Positions 1 to 10,203 of a DNA stretch of 64,000 nucleotides are shown piece by piece. This stretch comes from Bacilli bacterium (GTDB lineage: Bacteria > Bacillota_I > Bacilli_A > RFN20 > CAG-826): positions 519,009 through 583,008 of the forward strand of contig JAVBTH010000001.1 in the NCBI GenBank assembly GCA_031556235.1, read 5' to 3'. The notes under the pieces are model-generated. The model had not been told where the DNA came from. It ran no database searches and saw only the letters and a list, made by a program, of their open reading frames with translations. Each line of letters begins with the position of its first letter. The first letter of the stretch is position 1. The position numbers and the translations under genes are program-made.

Positions 1-2106
1 TTTAAAAGTAAGTTTTCTAGATATACAAATAGATATAAGGAAGCAGTAATCTTACAATCTGAAAAAGATTTAGAACCAGGCGATTATGTTGTGCATGATA
101 ATCATGGTATAGGCCGTTTTCTAGATATTATTACTTTAGAAGTAGAGGGAGTTCACCGCGATTTTCTGCATATTCAATATGCAGGAACGGATGTTTTGTA
201 TATTCCTTTAGAACAATTTAAATTAGTTAGAAAATTCATAGGAAAAGAAGGCGCTGCTCCTAAACTTAATAGATTAGGTTCTGGAGAATGGGAAAAAACT
301 AAAAAGCGCATTAAAGAAAGAATAAATGAGATGGCGGATAGATTGTTTAAACTCTACTCTGAAAGAACTGAAATTAAAGGTTTTAGCTTTGTTCAAGATG
401 ATGAAATTCAATTGCAATTTGAGAATGAATTCCCTTACGATTTGACAAAGGATCAGCAACAATCGATTTTAGAAATTAAACAGGATATGGAAAAGCCATT
501 ACCAATGGATCGTCTATTATGCGGTGATGTTGGTTTTGGAAAGACTGAAATTGCTTTTAGAGCGGCATTTAAAGCTATTTTGAGTGGGAAACAAGTTGCA
601 ATACTCTGCCCGACTACCTTGTTGGCTAGACAGCACTATGAACGAGCGTTAGAAAGATTTTCTAATTATGGTGTTAAAATTGCTGTGTTCTCACGGTTGG
701 TTGATGAGTCTAGACAAAAAAACTACATTGAACGGATTAGAAGTGGTGAAATTGATTTAGTTATAGGAACTCATCGAATTCTTTCTAAGGATATTGTTTT
801 CCAAGGGCTTGGTCTCCTTGTCGTGGATGAAGAGCAACGATTTGGTGTGGAGCAAAAAGAAAAAATTAAAGAATTAAAAACGACTGTTGATGTCTTGACT
901 CTTACCGCAACACCAATACCAAGAACTCTTCAGATGTCTTTAGTAGGTCTTAGACAACTTTCACAACTTAATACTGCACCAACTAATCGCATGCCAATAC
1001 AGACATATGTGATGCCACATGATAATGCAGTAGTAAAAGAATTGATTGAAAGAGAATTAGCGCGCAACGGACAGGTTTTTTACCTTCACAATAATGTTAG
1101 TAGTATTGGAGAAGTGGCTAATAGGTTACAGAAATCAATTAAAAAATCGATGATTGGTGTTGTGCACGGAAAAATGAATAAAGATGACGTTGAGGATGTC
1201 ATGCTAAGATTTTATAATAATGAAATTAACGTATTAGTGTGTACTTCTATTATTGAGACAGGAATAGATATTGCAAATGCAAACATGATTATTATTGAAA
1301 ACGCGGATAGATTTGGCCTTTCACAGCTTTATCAAATCAAAGGCCGTGTTGGACGAGGAGATAGGATTGCGTATGCGTATTTATTATATAAACCAGATAA
1401 AGAAATGACCGAAATAGCTCGCAAGAGGTTAAAAGCTATTCAAGACTTTACTGAATTAGGCAGCGGTTATAAGATTGCACAAAGAGATTTATTAATCCGT
1501 GGCGCGGGAGACATGCTTGGTCCAGAACAAGCAGGATTTATTGACACTGTTGGGATTGATATGTACATATCAATGCTAAATGAAGCAATTCAAGAGAAAA
1601 AAACAGGCGAAGTAACACCTCCTGCAGTTCCGGCTCGCACACTTGCGATAGATGCATATATTCCCGAGAATTATGTTAGTGAAAAAGGCGAGAAAATTGA
1701 ATTTTACCAGCAAATCGAGTCTGCTTCTTCGCTTGAAGAGCACAAAGCATTAAGAAAAAAAATGCGCGATGTATATGGGCGTATCCCAGAAGAAGTTGAA
1801 AGACTATTTCAAAAGAAAGATATCCTATTTATCTTAGAAAATCGTAAAGTATTTGCAAGTTTTGTTGAAACAAATGAATCAATTGATATTATTCTCTCAC
1901 AAGAATTTAGTAATATTGATAGGATAGGAATTTTACTCTTTCAAGCTCTATCAAATCATCTTAATATGATTAAAGTTAGTTATGTTAACAAACACATCAA
2001 GCTCAAAGTGTATAAAAAATCAGAATGGTTTGGGCATTTATCTACGATTATTAATATAGTCACAACAGTTTATGGAGATACTTTAAAAAACCTAAATAAA
2101 ATGTGA
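1..2106 (+). CDS. mfd: Transcription-repair coupling factor Mfd, C-terminal part (5' end lies outside the window)
   Basis: Open frame from nt 1 with no stop before the ORF-track Met. Contains the GDYVVHxxHGIGRF motif, the DEAD/helicase motif [11 protein letters not shown], helicase C and the TRCF C-terminal domain. Confidence 0.9.
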   Translation, partial: FKSKFSRYTNRYKEAVILQSEKDLEPGDYVVHDNHGIGRFLDIITLEVEGVHRDFLHIQYAGTDVLYIPLEQFKLVRKFIGKEGAAPKLNRLGSGEWEKTKKRIKERINEMADRLFKLYSERTEIKGFSFVQDDEIQLQFENEFPYDLTKDQQQSILEIKQDMEKPLPMDRLLCGDVGFGKTEIAFRAAFKAILSGKQVAILCPTTLLARQHYERALERFSNYGVKIAVFSRLVDESRQKNYIERIRSGEIDLVIGTHRILSKDIVFQGLGLLVVDEEQRFGVEQKEKIKELKTTVDVLTLTATPIPRTLQMSLVGLRQLSQLNTAPTNRMPIQTYVMPHDNAVVKELIERELARNGQVFYLHNNVSSIGEVANRLQKSIKKSMIGVVHGKMNKDDVEDVMLRFYNNEINVLVCTSIIETGIDIANANMIIIENADRFGLSQLYQIKGRVGRGDRIAYAYLLYKPDKEMTEIARKRLKAIQDFTELGSGYKIAQRDLLIRGAGDMLGPEQAGFIDTVGIDMYISMLNEAIQEKKTGEVTPPAVPARTLAIDAYIPENYVSEKGEKIEFYQQIESASSLEEHKALRKKMRDVYGRIPEEVERLFQKKDILFILENRKVFASFVETNESIDIILSQEFSNIDRIGILLFQALSNHLNMIKVSYVNKHIKLKVYKKSEWFGHLSTIINIVTTVYGDTLKNLNKM

Positions 2107-2142
2107 AATACTGGAAACAATATCATTTATGAGGTGTAAAGT

Positions 2143-2661
2143 ATGGAACCATTAGGTGTTTTAAGAAGGATAGATGAACTGGGGCGAATAGTTATACCAA
2201 AGGGAATTAGAAGCAGATTGCACATCAATGAGGGCGACAGTTTAGAGTTGTTAGTTTCTGATAGTCAAGAGCTTATTGTGACAAAATATAACTCTTTTAA
2301 GGGAAACGATGAAACTATTAATGCAATTACTTCAAGCCTTGCTCGTGAATTATCCCTGCAAATCGTGATTATAAATAGTGAAATGGTGTTATCGCATTCT
2401 AAAGATAGTTCACATGAGATGATAGGTAAAAGGATTAACCCATTGTTACTAGGTAAACTAAATGAAAGAAAAATGGTAGTAATGAATAATGAACGCATTA
2501 TAAATTCAAGTGATCCATATAATTTTATTATGTTTCCAATAGCTAAAAACTCCGAAACACTGGGAGGTATAATAATCCTTGATAAACAAAGCGTAACGGA
2601 AGAAGAAATTAAGATAATAAATATATTCCGTAATATTATAACAAACATAATCAAAGTATAA
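2143..2661 (+). CDS. spoVT: Stage V sporulation protein T (AbrB-type N-terminal domain plus GAF-like C-terminal domain)
   Basis: N-terminal MEPLGVLRRIDELGRIVIPKGIRSRL swapped-hairpin AbrB fold. About 172 aa. Sits directly downstream of mfd as in Bacillus. Confidence 0.8.
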   Translation: MEPLGVLRRIDELGRIVIPKGIRSRLHINEGDSLELLVSDSQELIVTKYNSFKGNDETINAITSSLARELSLQIVIINSEMVLSHSKDSSHEMIGKRINPLLLGKLNERKMVVMNNERIINSSDPYNFIMFPIAKNSETLGGIIILDKQSVTEEEIKIINIFRNIITNIIKV

Positions 2662-2746
2662 TGAAGATAAAAGTTACGTAAAATTAATTATTCACCCACA
2701 GTCATAACTCCCATTAATTAATCATAAGATTAGTGGGAGTTTTATT

Positions 2747-3028
2747 ATGGAAAATACATCAAATCTTACACACGGAATTTTAATTCAAGAACGCAAAAGC
2801 GTTGAAATCGAAGGAGTGAAAAAACTCGATAGTTTTGATCAAAAAGAGTTTTTAGTTGATACTTCAATGGGATATGTTCATATCAAGGGGCAAAATCTGA
2901 GTCTTGGCAACATGAACATGGAGCGAGGGTTTTTATCTATTCAAGGAACTATTGATGTTGTCGCATATGTAGGTAAAGGCAAAGAGCAACAAAGCAAAGA
3001 AAGTTTTATGAAAAAGCTATTTAAGTAA
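2747..3028 (+). CDS. yabP: Sporulation protein YabP
   Basis: 93 aa with the VEIEGVKKLDSFDQKEFLVDTSMGYVHIKGQNLSL YabP signature. Conserved position before yabQ. Confidence 0.75.
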   Translation: MENTSNLTHGILIQERKSVEIEGVKKLDSFDQKEFLVDTSMGYVHIKGQNLSLGNMNMERGFLSIQGTIDVVAYVGKGKEQQSKESFMKKLFK

Positions 3029-3471
3029 TGACCTTATTTCAACAGTTCCAAGTTTTTGTTGGATCTATTGTCATTGGTATGCTCTTTTCTTTCTTATGGT
3101 CAGTATTCAATAGAATCTTCTATGGATTGCAAGGTAAATGGGTCAGGATACCTTTTGAAACTATTTTCTTAAGTCTTCTGGCTCTAATATACTTTTTGTT
3201 TTTACATCGCATTAATGGCGGCATATTAAACTTGCATTATTTTTTGGCGCTTATCATTGGTGTTTTATTGTATTTAAAATTTTACGCTCGAAATATTAAT
3301 ATTTGGTTAGAAGAAATAGCAATTAAACTTAAATTAAAAATTCTTGTGCCACTTAAAAAGCGATATGGTATACTTGTAAGTAAGATAAAAAAAATACTTA
3401 CAAATATCAAAAAGCGAAGGGCGGCGAAAAGAGATGGAAAAAGAAAAAAGAAAAAAGAGGCTACTGAGTAA
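3028..3471 (+). CDS. yabQ: Spore cortex biosynthesis membrane protein YabQ
   Basis: Small polytopic membrane protein with a basic C-terminal tail. Start overlaps the yabP stop (ATGA). Synteny yabP-yabQ-divIC. Confidence 0.65.
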   Translation: MTLFQQFQVFVGSIVIGMLFSFLWSVFNRIFYGLQGKWVRIPFETIFLSLLALIYFLFLHRINGGILNLHYFLALIIGVLLYLKFYARNINIWLEEIAIKLKLKILVPLKKRYGILVSKIKKILTNIKKRRAAKRDGKRKKKKEATE

Positions 3472-3703
3472 TATCAGATCTATTTTCGTCTTAATGGCAT
3501 GTATTTGTGTTATTAGCCTTGTAAGTATTAAAATTGTTAATAGTTATCGTCTAAATGAAACGCTAAAAAACGAGAAAGAGAAAATTACTGAAGAAATACG
3601 CTTATTAGAAGATCAAAGAGCACATGGTAGTTATTATGAAGTATATGTGAAAGATAATTTTACGCTTTATGATGGTGAAGTTATTATAGAGTTTAATAAG
3701 TAA
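3434..3703 (+). CDS. divIC: Septum formation initiator DivIC/FtsB family
   Basis: 89 aa with one N-terminal TM helix followed by a coiled coil (LNETLKNEKEKITEEIRLLEDQ). Synteny. Confidence 0.7.
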   Translation: MEKEKRKKRLLSNIRSIFVLMACICVISLVSIKIVNSYRLNETLKNEKEKITEEIRLLEDQRAHGSYYEVYVKDNFTLYDGEVIIEFNK

Positions 3704-3711
3704 AACGACAA

Positions 3712-3740
3712 GAAACGACGAGATTCGTTTCTTTTTTTTT
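3712..3740 (+). terminator. Rho-independent terminator after divIC
   Basis: GAAACG-acgagatt-CGTTTC hairpin followed by a T9 run. Confidence 0.75.
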
Positions 3741-3762
3741 GTATTTTAATGGGGGTACTAAT

Positions 3763-5910
3763 ATGAAATCAATTAAAACACAAAATAAATACTTTAAAGA
3801 TTTACGAATATACGACATCGTGTTGTTGTTTTTTTGCTTAGCGTCAGTGATGTTTGAAAACGCATTCTTATTTAATCCGCTTATTCTTGCATGTTTTTAT
3901 CTTTCTTATAATCGTGGTTTAAATCAATTTATTTTGTGCACCACTAGCATGATTGGATTAGCAATGTTAGTAGATGTGTTTTATGCTTTGGAACTGTTTA
4001 TAGTTTTCTTTACCTTTTTCGTGGCTAATTATTTGATATTGCGTGTGTCTACACGACATAATCGTAGATTTTATGGTATAGCGATTGTGAACTTTTTTTT
4101 GTTAATTAGTACATTAATTGTCAATTTTTCTATGGAAACTGTAATAAGCTTAGTGACAGTTTTGTTAGTTGAATTTATGGTGATTTACGCTTTCACATCA
4201 TTTAGAAAATTATTCGAAGATGATAAATATTGCATAAGCATAATTGGAGCGAGTGCATTCTACTTGTTAATAGCGTTCTCTTGCATGTTTTTTGTTAATG
4301 TAGGACTACTATTTTTTAGATTTATAATTCTTTTGGTCGCGGCAACAAATAAAAAAGAAACTACATTATTAACGATGACGCTTTCCTTTGTTGCGTTAAC
4401 TTCATTATTTGATTATTCGTTTGTTAGTTTGGTAATTGTCTTCCTTCCTCTCGTCGGATATCTTGTCATACCTAAGTATAAAGAGTATGTTTTTGTGGCT
4501 CTACATATAGGGGTTCTTTTCCTAGTAGAGACGCCAATATTTTATAACGCACATTTTTACCAAGGAACCGCTGCTATATTGATGCTATTAATATTACCTA
4601 AACACGTATTAGATAGCATTAAAACCATTGCTAATCGATCTCAACATGTACTAATTAATCATTTGATTAATCAAGAAATAGAGATGAAACAACAATTGCT
4701 TTATGTAACTAATTACTTAGATATCGTCGAAGATACCTCAAAGGCTAATCTTGAGGATCCGCTTACCAAAGGAACTAAACGCGTTCAAATGAGAGTTTGT
4801 GGTAAATGCAGTCACTCAGAAATGTGTCCATTAAGACATAAGGTCTCACAATTAATTCAAGATAAAATACCATCTTTTGCAAAAAAAGAAATTAATGAGA
4901 CATGTCTATTTCCTTATAAACTTACTATGGAACTTCAACAAGCTTTTCACATTTTTGTTGATGAACAAAGTTATTATTACGAAGCGCTTGAAAAGGAGAA
5001 TCAGTATCGATTTGCCGTGAAAAAACTAGTGGAACCTGTAAAAAATCTTCAAAATGCTGATTCGCTAGAAAAAAGAATAAGAATTAATGCTGATAGACAA
5101 CAAGTGCGATTCAAGAATATTACCTATAAAAATGATTATATTATTGCAACACTATTTGAAGATAATTTTCAACAAGAAAAGATTTCTCTTTTAAAGTGTC
5201 TAAACTCGATTGAAGGTAAACAGTTTTATGTCGCAGATGAAAGATATAGTGTGCTTTTAAGGGAATATGTCGTGATTTTCACCGAGTTCCTTGGTCATAG
5301 TTATGAAATTGGGGTTGTTAGTAAAGCGCTTGAAGACGGATATAATGGTGACACCTATGCGATAATTGAAAACAATAGTTCGCTACATGTAATGATTAGC
5401 GACGGAATGGGCCATGGCGAAGCGGCGATGAATAGCAGTCAATACTTGATTAAAGCTATGAAAGCACAGATAAATATCTCTAGTAGTTTAACTGACATTA
5501 TCAAAGAAACTAACAATCTTATGCTAATTAAAGGAGACCGCGAGCAATACGCTACTCTAGATTACATTAGGATTGATCTTAAATCACTCGCATCTACAAG
5601 TGTTAAAGCGGGGTGCTATGCTAGTTATCTTTTTAGAGAAAACCAAATTAGGCGCATTGATACAATTGGAATACCACTAGGAATAATTTCATCGATTGAA
5701 GCGATGAGTATTGATATTGAGTTGATGAAAGACGATATTATAGTGTTAACTAGTGATGGTTTAGGCGATTATTTTGAAACGCATTGTTTGACTTTAACGC
5801 CTCCATTTGAAGGTAGCGTTCAAGAATTCACAAGAAATGTTTTTAAGCAAATTGAAGAAAAATATGAAATAAAAGATGATGCAACGATTATCATGATTAA
5901 AATTATGTGA
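3763..5910 (+). CDS. spoIIE: Stage II sporulation protein E (membrane PP2C phosphatase)
   Basis: About 10 N-terminal TM segments plus a C-terminal PP2C domain (VMISDGMGHGEAAM ... VLTSDGL). ATG at 3763 is preceded by the GGGGGT RBS; the ORF-track start at 3739 has none. Confidence 0.85.
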   Translation: MKSIKTQNKYFKDLRIYDIVLLFFCLASVMFENAFLFNPLILACFYLSYNRGLNQFILCTTSMIGLAMLVDVFYALELFIVFFTFFVANYLILRVSTRHNRRFYGIAIVNFFLLISTLIVNFSMETVISLVTVLLVEFMVIYAFTSFRKLFEDDKYCISIIGASAFYLLIAFSCMFFVNVGLLFFRFIILLVAATNKKETTLLTMTLSFVALTSLFDYSFVSLVIVFLPLVGYLVIPKYKEYVFVALHIGVLFLVETPIFYNAHFYQGTAAILMLLILPKHVLDSIKTIANRSQHVLINHLINQEIEMKQQLLYVTNYLDIVEDTSKANLEDPLTKGTKRVQMRVCGKCSHSEMCPLRHKVSQLIQDKIPSFAKKEINETCLFPYKLTMELQQAFHIFVDEQSYYYEALEKENQYRFAVKKLVEPVKNLQNADSLEKRIRINADRQQVRFKNITYKNDYIIATLFEDNFQQEKISLLKCLNSIEGKQFYVADERYSVLLREYVVIFTEFLGHSYEIGVVSKALEDGYNGDTYAIIENNSSLHVMISDGMGHGEAAMNSSQYLIKAMKAQINISSSLTDIIKETNNLMLIKGDREQYATLDYIRIDLKSLASTSVKAGCYASYLFRENQIRRIDTIGIPLGIISSIEAMSIDIELMKDDIIVLTSDGLGDYFETHCLTLTPPFEGSVQEFTRNVFKQIEEKYEIKDDATIIMIKIM

Positions 5911-5934
5911 TAAACTATTGTCGGAGTTGATAAT

Positions 5935-7143
5935 ATGTTTAATTACGAAAAAGATAAAACATATATTCTTGCATGTTCATTTGGGCCTGACTCAATGGCG
6001 CTTTTTGATATGCTTTTAAAAAATGATTTTACTTTTGTAGTAGCGCATGTCAACTATCATAAGCGTGCAGAAAGTGATTTTGAAGAAACAAGTTTGCGAA
6101 ATTATTGTAAAAAGAATAACGTTATTTGTGAAGTTTATTCTGCAAACCAAGATAATATAACGGGAAATTTTCAAGCTTGGGCGCGCAGTGTGCGTTATGA
6201 TTTTTTCCGCGATATATACAATAAATATAAAGCTTCCGGTCTTTTTGTTGCGCATCATCGCGATGATGCACTAGAAACATATTTAATGCAAATATCGCGC
6301 AAAAGCGATGTTAAATTTTACGGAATCTCAGAAAATTCAATTATTAATGAAATGAAAGTCTACCGTCCATTATTAGAACAATCTAAAGAAAGCCTTATTT
6401 CTTATTGTGTAGATAATTCTGTGCCATATGCAATCGACTTATCAAACCATAGTGATCTTTATACTAGAAATAGGGTAAGGCACCATATTGTTGAAAAAAT
6501 GAGCGAATCTCAAAAGAACCAAGTGACTGAAGAAATGAAAACTAAAAACAAAGCATTGGCGGAAGTTTATCAAATAATCGATTCTTATCCCAAAAACGAG
6601 TTAGACATCTCAAGTGTTTTGAAAGAAACAGATGATACGATTATTAGATTAATTCAAGAACTCCCTTATAAGAATTCTATCACCCACTCAATTAGTAAAA
6701 ACAGTGCATATCAAATCTTAAATGCACTAAAATCTAGCAAACCTAACATTATTTTGTTGCAAAACAATAGGATTACTTTGAGCAAAGAATACAATCTATT
6801 GAAAATTAGCAAAAAAACTGTCTCGATTGACTATAATTATATAGTGAATGAACCAAAAGAGTTGACCACTGAGGGTTTTATCTTGAATCTTTGTTTAAGA
6901 AAAGGGTACATTAATTCTAGTGATTTTCCTTTGACTGTGCGTTTAAAAAAACCGGGCGATAAGGTAATGATTGGTAGTGTAAATAAAAATGTTTCGAGAT
7001 TATTCATTGATTGGAAAATGCCGACATCATTTCGTGTAAAATGGCCGATAGTTATTAATAAAATGGGTAAAATAGTCTATGTGCCTAAATACCCTGATGA
7101 TTTAGATAACGGAAATATTAAAATATTGATTAAATCGTTATGA
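5935..7143 (+). CDS. tilS: tRNA(Ile)-lysidine synthetase
   Basis: PP-loop ILACSFGPDSMAL (SGGxDS-like). About 400 aa with a C-terminal TilS domain. Lies between spoIIE and ftsH as in Bacillus. Confidence 0.85.
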   Translation: MFNYEKDKTYILACSFGPDSMALFDMLLKNDFTFVVAHVNYHKRAESDFEETSLRNYCKKNNVICEVYSANQDNITGNFQAWARSVRYDFFRDIYNKYKASGLFVAHHRDDALETYLMQISRKSDVKFYGISENSIINEMKVYRPLLEQSKESLISYCVDNSVPYAIDLSNHSDLYTRNRVRHHIVEKMSESQKNQVTEEMKTKNKALAEVYQIIDSYPKNELDISSVLKETDDTIIRLIQELPYKNSITHSISKNSAYQILNALKSSKPNIILLQNNRITLSKEYNLLKISKKTVSIDYNYIVNEPKELTTEGFILNLCLRKGYINSSDFPLTVRLKKPGDKVMIGSVNKNVSRLFIDWKMPTSFRVKWPIVINKMGKIVYVPKYPDDLDNGNIKILIKSL

Positions 7144-7171
7144 AAAATAAAAGTAATGCTGTATAATACAA

Positions 7172-7191
7172 TGTACTAGTAAACTAGTACA
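7172..7191. promoter_or_regulatory. Perfect 20-bp palindrome TGTACTAGT-AA-ACTAGTACA in the ftsH promoter region
   Basis: Read directly from the sequence. Lies just downstream of a TATAAT-like box (tgtataat at about 7160). Confidence 0.5.
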
Positions 7192-7236
7192 GTTAAAACT
7201 GATAGAATCATCAAGTTATGATGTGGAGGTAAATGA

Positions 7237-9159
7237 ATGGAAAATAAAAAGCAACAACAAAAAGGAAACGGATTTAGTTTTATATATGTATTCGTTTTGA
7301 TCGTGATTGCTATCTCGGCGTGGTTCATTATTGATGGAGTATCATTCAATAAGACAGTTACAGTTAATGCGGGTAGTATTGAAAACTTTTTAATGCATGA
7401 AAAAGTTCAATCTGTTAAAACAACCGAAAAGGAAACGCTTACCTATATTGAAGGAAAATATATAGACGCTAACGGAAAAACTGTTAACTTTACATGTGTG
7501 GTTTCGAATGAAGACTACCATGAGGATGTTTATAATATTTTAAAAATTCGTCTCGATGACAAGGGTGAAGTTTATTACACACCTAAAATCTGGAAATTAG
7601 TTAATGCTTTTGAAAAATCATGGTTTCAAACATGGGGCATGACAATTATTCTAGTCGTTGCAGTGGGAGGAGTTGCCATTTATTTAGTTGGAAAGATGAA
7701 CGCATCTGTCAACAGTTCTAATAACAAGGCAATGGATTTCAACAAATCGAGAGCACGTAGAATAGATGCATCACAAACTAAATTTAGCGATGTTGCGGGT
7801 GCAGACGAAGAAAAAGCGGAGTTAGTTGAATTAATTGATTATTTAAAAAGTCCTAAAAAATATACGGATTTTGGCGCTAAATTACCAAAAGGTGTCTTGC
7901 TAGTTGGGCCACCGGGAACTGGAAAGACTTTACTTGCTAAAGCTGTTGCTGGAGAGGCAGGAGTACCATTCTTCTCAATCTCAGGTTCAGACTTTGTTGA
8001 AATGTTTGTTGGTGTTGGAGCGGGTCGTGTAAGAGATATGTTTAAAAACGCGAAACGCAATGCACCATGTTTAGTGTTTATTGATGAAATTGATGCTGTC
8101 GGACGTCAACGTGGAGCCGGTATGGGCGGCGGTAACGATGAGAGAGAACAAACCCTTAACCAACTATTGGTGGAAATGGATGGATTCTCAGACAACTCAG
8201 GTATAGTAGTTATTGCGGCCACAAACCGTGAAGACGTATTAGATCCAGCTTTATTAAGAGCAGGAAGATTTGACCGTAAAATCACGGTAGGATTGCCAGA
8301 TAGAAATGGCCGTGAAGCTATACTTCGTGTGCATGCTCGCAACAAAAAACTTGATATTTCTGTCGATTTTACAGAAGTGGCAAAGCGTACAGTTGGATTC
8401 TCTGGAGCAGACTTAGAGAACGTTTTAAATGAAGCAGCGATTTTAGCGATTCGAGTAAATAAAAATGTTGTTACACTTAATGAAATTGATGAAGCAATTG
8501 ATCGTATTTATGCAGGTCCTGCTAAAACATCGAAAAAACTTACTGAAAGAGAACGGAAGGCTATCGCATATCACGAAGCTGGACACGCAATTATTGGTTT
8601 ATTACTTAAGAACTCTGATAAAGTGCAAAAAATTACTATTGTCCCACGTGGACGCACTGGTGGCCATGTGCTAATGACCCCAGAAGAAGATAGATTCCTT
8701 ATGACTAAGAAGGAACTGATGGCAAGAGTTACTGGATATTTAGGCGGACGCAGTTCTGAAGAAGTATTCTTTAAAGATGTTTCAACAGGTGCTCATAACG
8801 ATATTGAGATGGCAACGCGAATTGCTCGTAAGATGGTTACGGAATATGGAATGTCACCTCTTGGGCCAATTCAATATGAGGATGATTCTAGTTCGGTCTT
8901 CTTAGGACGCGATTACAATTCAACACAAAAGAATTTTTCTACGCAAATCGCGTTTGAAATTGATACACAGATTCGTAAGATCATTGATGATTCACACAAA
9001 ATGGCAATTGAGATTATTGAAAAACATAAGAACGATGTCATAATGATTGCGGAAAAGTTGTTGAAAGATGAGACTATCACAGCAGCTGAAATAGAAACCT
9101 TAATGAAAACAAATAATCCTGAATTTGAATTTAACAAATATGGAGAAGGAGAGGAGTAA
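7237..9159 (+). CDS. ftsH: ATP-dependent zinc metalloprotease FtsH
   Basis: Two TM helices, AAA+ Walker [12 protein letters not shown], the HEAGH zinc site and a C-terminal acidic tail. Confidence 0.95.
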   Translation: MENKKQQQKGNGFSFIYVFVLIVIAISAWFIIDGVSFNKTVTVNAGSIENFLMHEKVQSVKTTEKETLTYIEGKYIDANGKTVNFTCVVSNEDYHEDVYNILKIRLDDKGEVYYTPKIWKLVNAFEKSWFQTWGMTIILVVAVGGVAIYLVGKMNASVNSSNNKAMDFNKSRARRIDASQTKFSDVAGADEEKAELVELIDYLKSPKKYTDFGAKLPKGVLLVGPPGTGKTLLAKAVAGEAGVPFFSISGSDFVEMFVGVGAGRVRDMFKNAKRNAPCLVFIDEIDAVGRQRGAGMGGGNDEREQTLNQLLVEMDGFSDNSGIVVIAATNREDVLDPALLRAGRFDRKITVGLPDRNGREAILRVHARNKKLDISVDFTEVAKRTVGFSGADLENVLNEAAILAIRVNKNVVTLNEIDEAIDRIYAGPAKTSKKLTERERKAIAYHEAGHAIIGLLLKNSDKVQKITIVPRGRTGGHVLMTPEEDRFLMTKKELMARVTGYLGGRSSEEVFFKDVSTGAHNDIEMATRIARKMVTEYGMSPLGPIQYEDDSSSVFLGRDYNSTQKNFSTQIAFEIDTQIRKIIDDSHKMAIEIIEKHKNDVIMIAEKLLKDETITAAEIETLMKTNNPEFEFNKYGEGEE

Positions 9160-9170
9160 TCCTTTCCTTT

Positions 9171-10145
9171 TTGCATATGTTGAAGTTTGGAAATATTACA
9201 ACTGATAGTATTGTGCTTTTGGCTCCAATGGCGGGGATCACAAATATTGCATACAGGGAGTTCTGCGTGCCATTTGGGGTTGGAGTCAGTTACACAGAAA
9301 TGGTCAGCGATTGTGGACTAATCTATCAGAATAAAGAAACATATAAGTATCTTGAAATAAGTGAAAATGAACACCCTGTAGGTGTACAACTTTTTGGTGC
9401 AAGCAAGGAAACTCTTTTGAAAGCCTTAGACATTATCAAAAAAGAAGGCATTAAGTGTGATTTTATTGATGTAAACTTAGGATGTCCAGTCCCTAAAGTG
9501 ACCAGAACTGGAGCGGGATCTGCATGGCTTAGTCGCGTTGATGAATTACACGAGATGATGAAATCTTTAGTGTTAGCTTCCGATGTGCCGATAACCGCAA
9601 AAATACGTGTTGGATGGGATGAAAATAGCATTAATGTAAATAAAGTTGTAGAAGCATTAGAAAGTGCAGGAGTTGCAATGATTGCGATACATCCGCGAAC
9701 AAGAAGTCAGTTATATATGGGGAAAGCCAATTATGATTTAATTAAAGATTTAGGAGCAAGAATGCGTGTGCCGTTAGTTATCAGTGGAGATATTTTCACT
9801 TTAGAAGACGCAATTGAAAAAATGCAAATATCAAAAGCAAAAGGAATTATGGTTGCAAGAGGGGCGCTTGGAAACCCCTACTTGATAACGCAAATCAATC
9901 ATTATTATAAAACAGGAGAAAAACTTCCTAATCCCAACTTAGTTGATCAAGTTAAAATGTTATTAAGTTATGCAAATAAACTAATTAGTTTAAAAGGTGA
10001 AGTAATAGCAATTAAAGAGTTAAGAGGAATTGCTCCTCATTTCTTTAAAGGATACCAAAACACGAAAAAAATAAGATCCAGTTTAGCGACCGAAATGAAA
10101 AGTTTTGCTGATTTAGTTTCAATTCTGGAGTGTATAGAGCATTAA
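9171..10145 (+). CDS. dusB: tRNA-dihydrouridine synthase B
   Basis: LAPMAGITN FMN-binding N-terminus, the catalytic NLGCP motif and a TIM-barrel Dus fold. Confidence 0.85.
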   Translation: MHMLKFGNITTDSIVLLAPMAGITNIAYREFCVPFGVGVSYTEMVSDCGLIYQNKETYKYLEISENEHPVGVQLFGASKETLLKALDIIKKEGIKCDFIDVNLGCPVPKVTRTGAGSAWLSRVDELHEMMKSLVLASDVPITAKIRVGWDENSINVNKVVEALESAGVAMIAIHPRTRSQLYMGKANYDLIKDLGARMRVPLVISGDIFTLEDAIEKMQISKAKGIMVARGALGNPYLITQINHYYKTGEKLPNPNLVDQVKMLLSYANKLISLKGEVIAIKELRGIAPHFFKGYQNTKKIRSSLATEMKSFADLVSILECIEH

Positions 10146-10203
10146 TTGCTTTTAAAAGTAGATAAAATGTAGTAAAATAACAAGATATCATGAGGTGATA
10201 AAT

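Noticed and set aside
274-462. Antisense ORFs inside mfd (274-462) and similar within ftsH (7839-8060, 8106-8345), dusB (9326-9631), the Clp gene, dnaB, secA and prfB (58974-59414, 60585-61507)
   Set aside because: They are embedded antisense to strongly supported conserved genes. They have low-complexity composition and no RBS, which is typical of spurious AT-rich reading frames.
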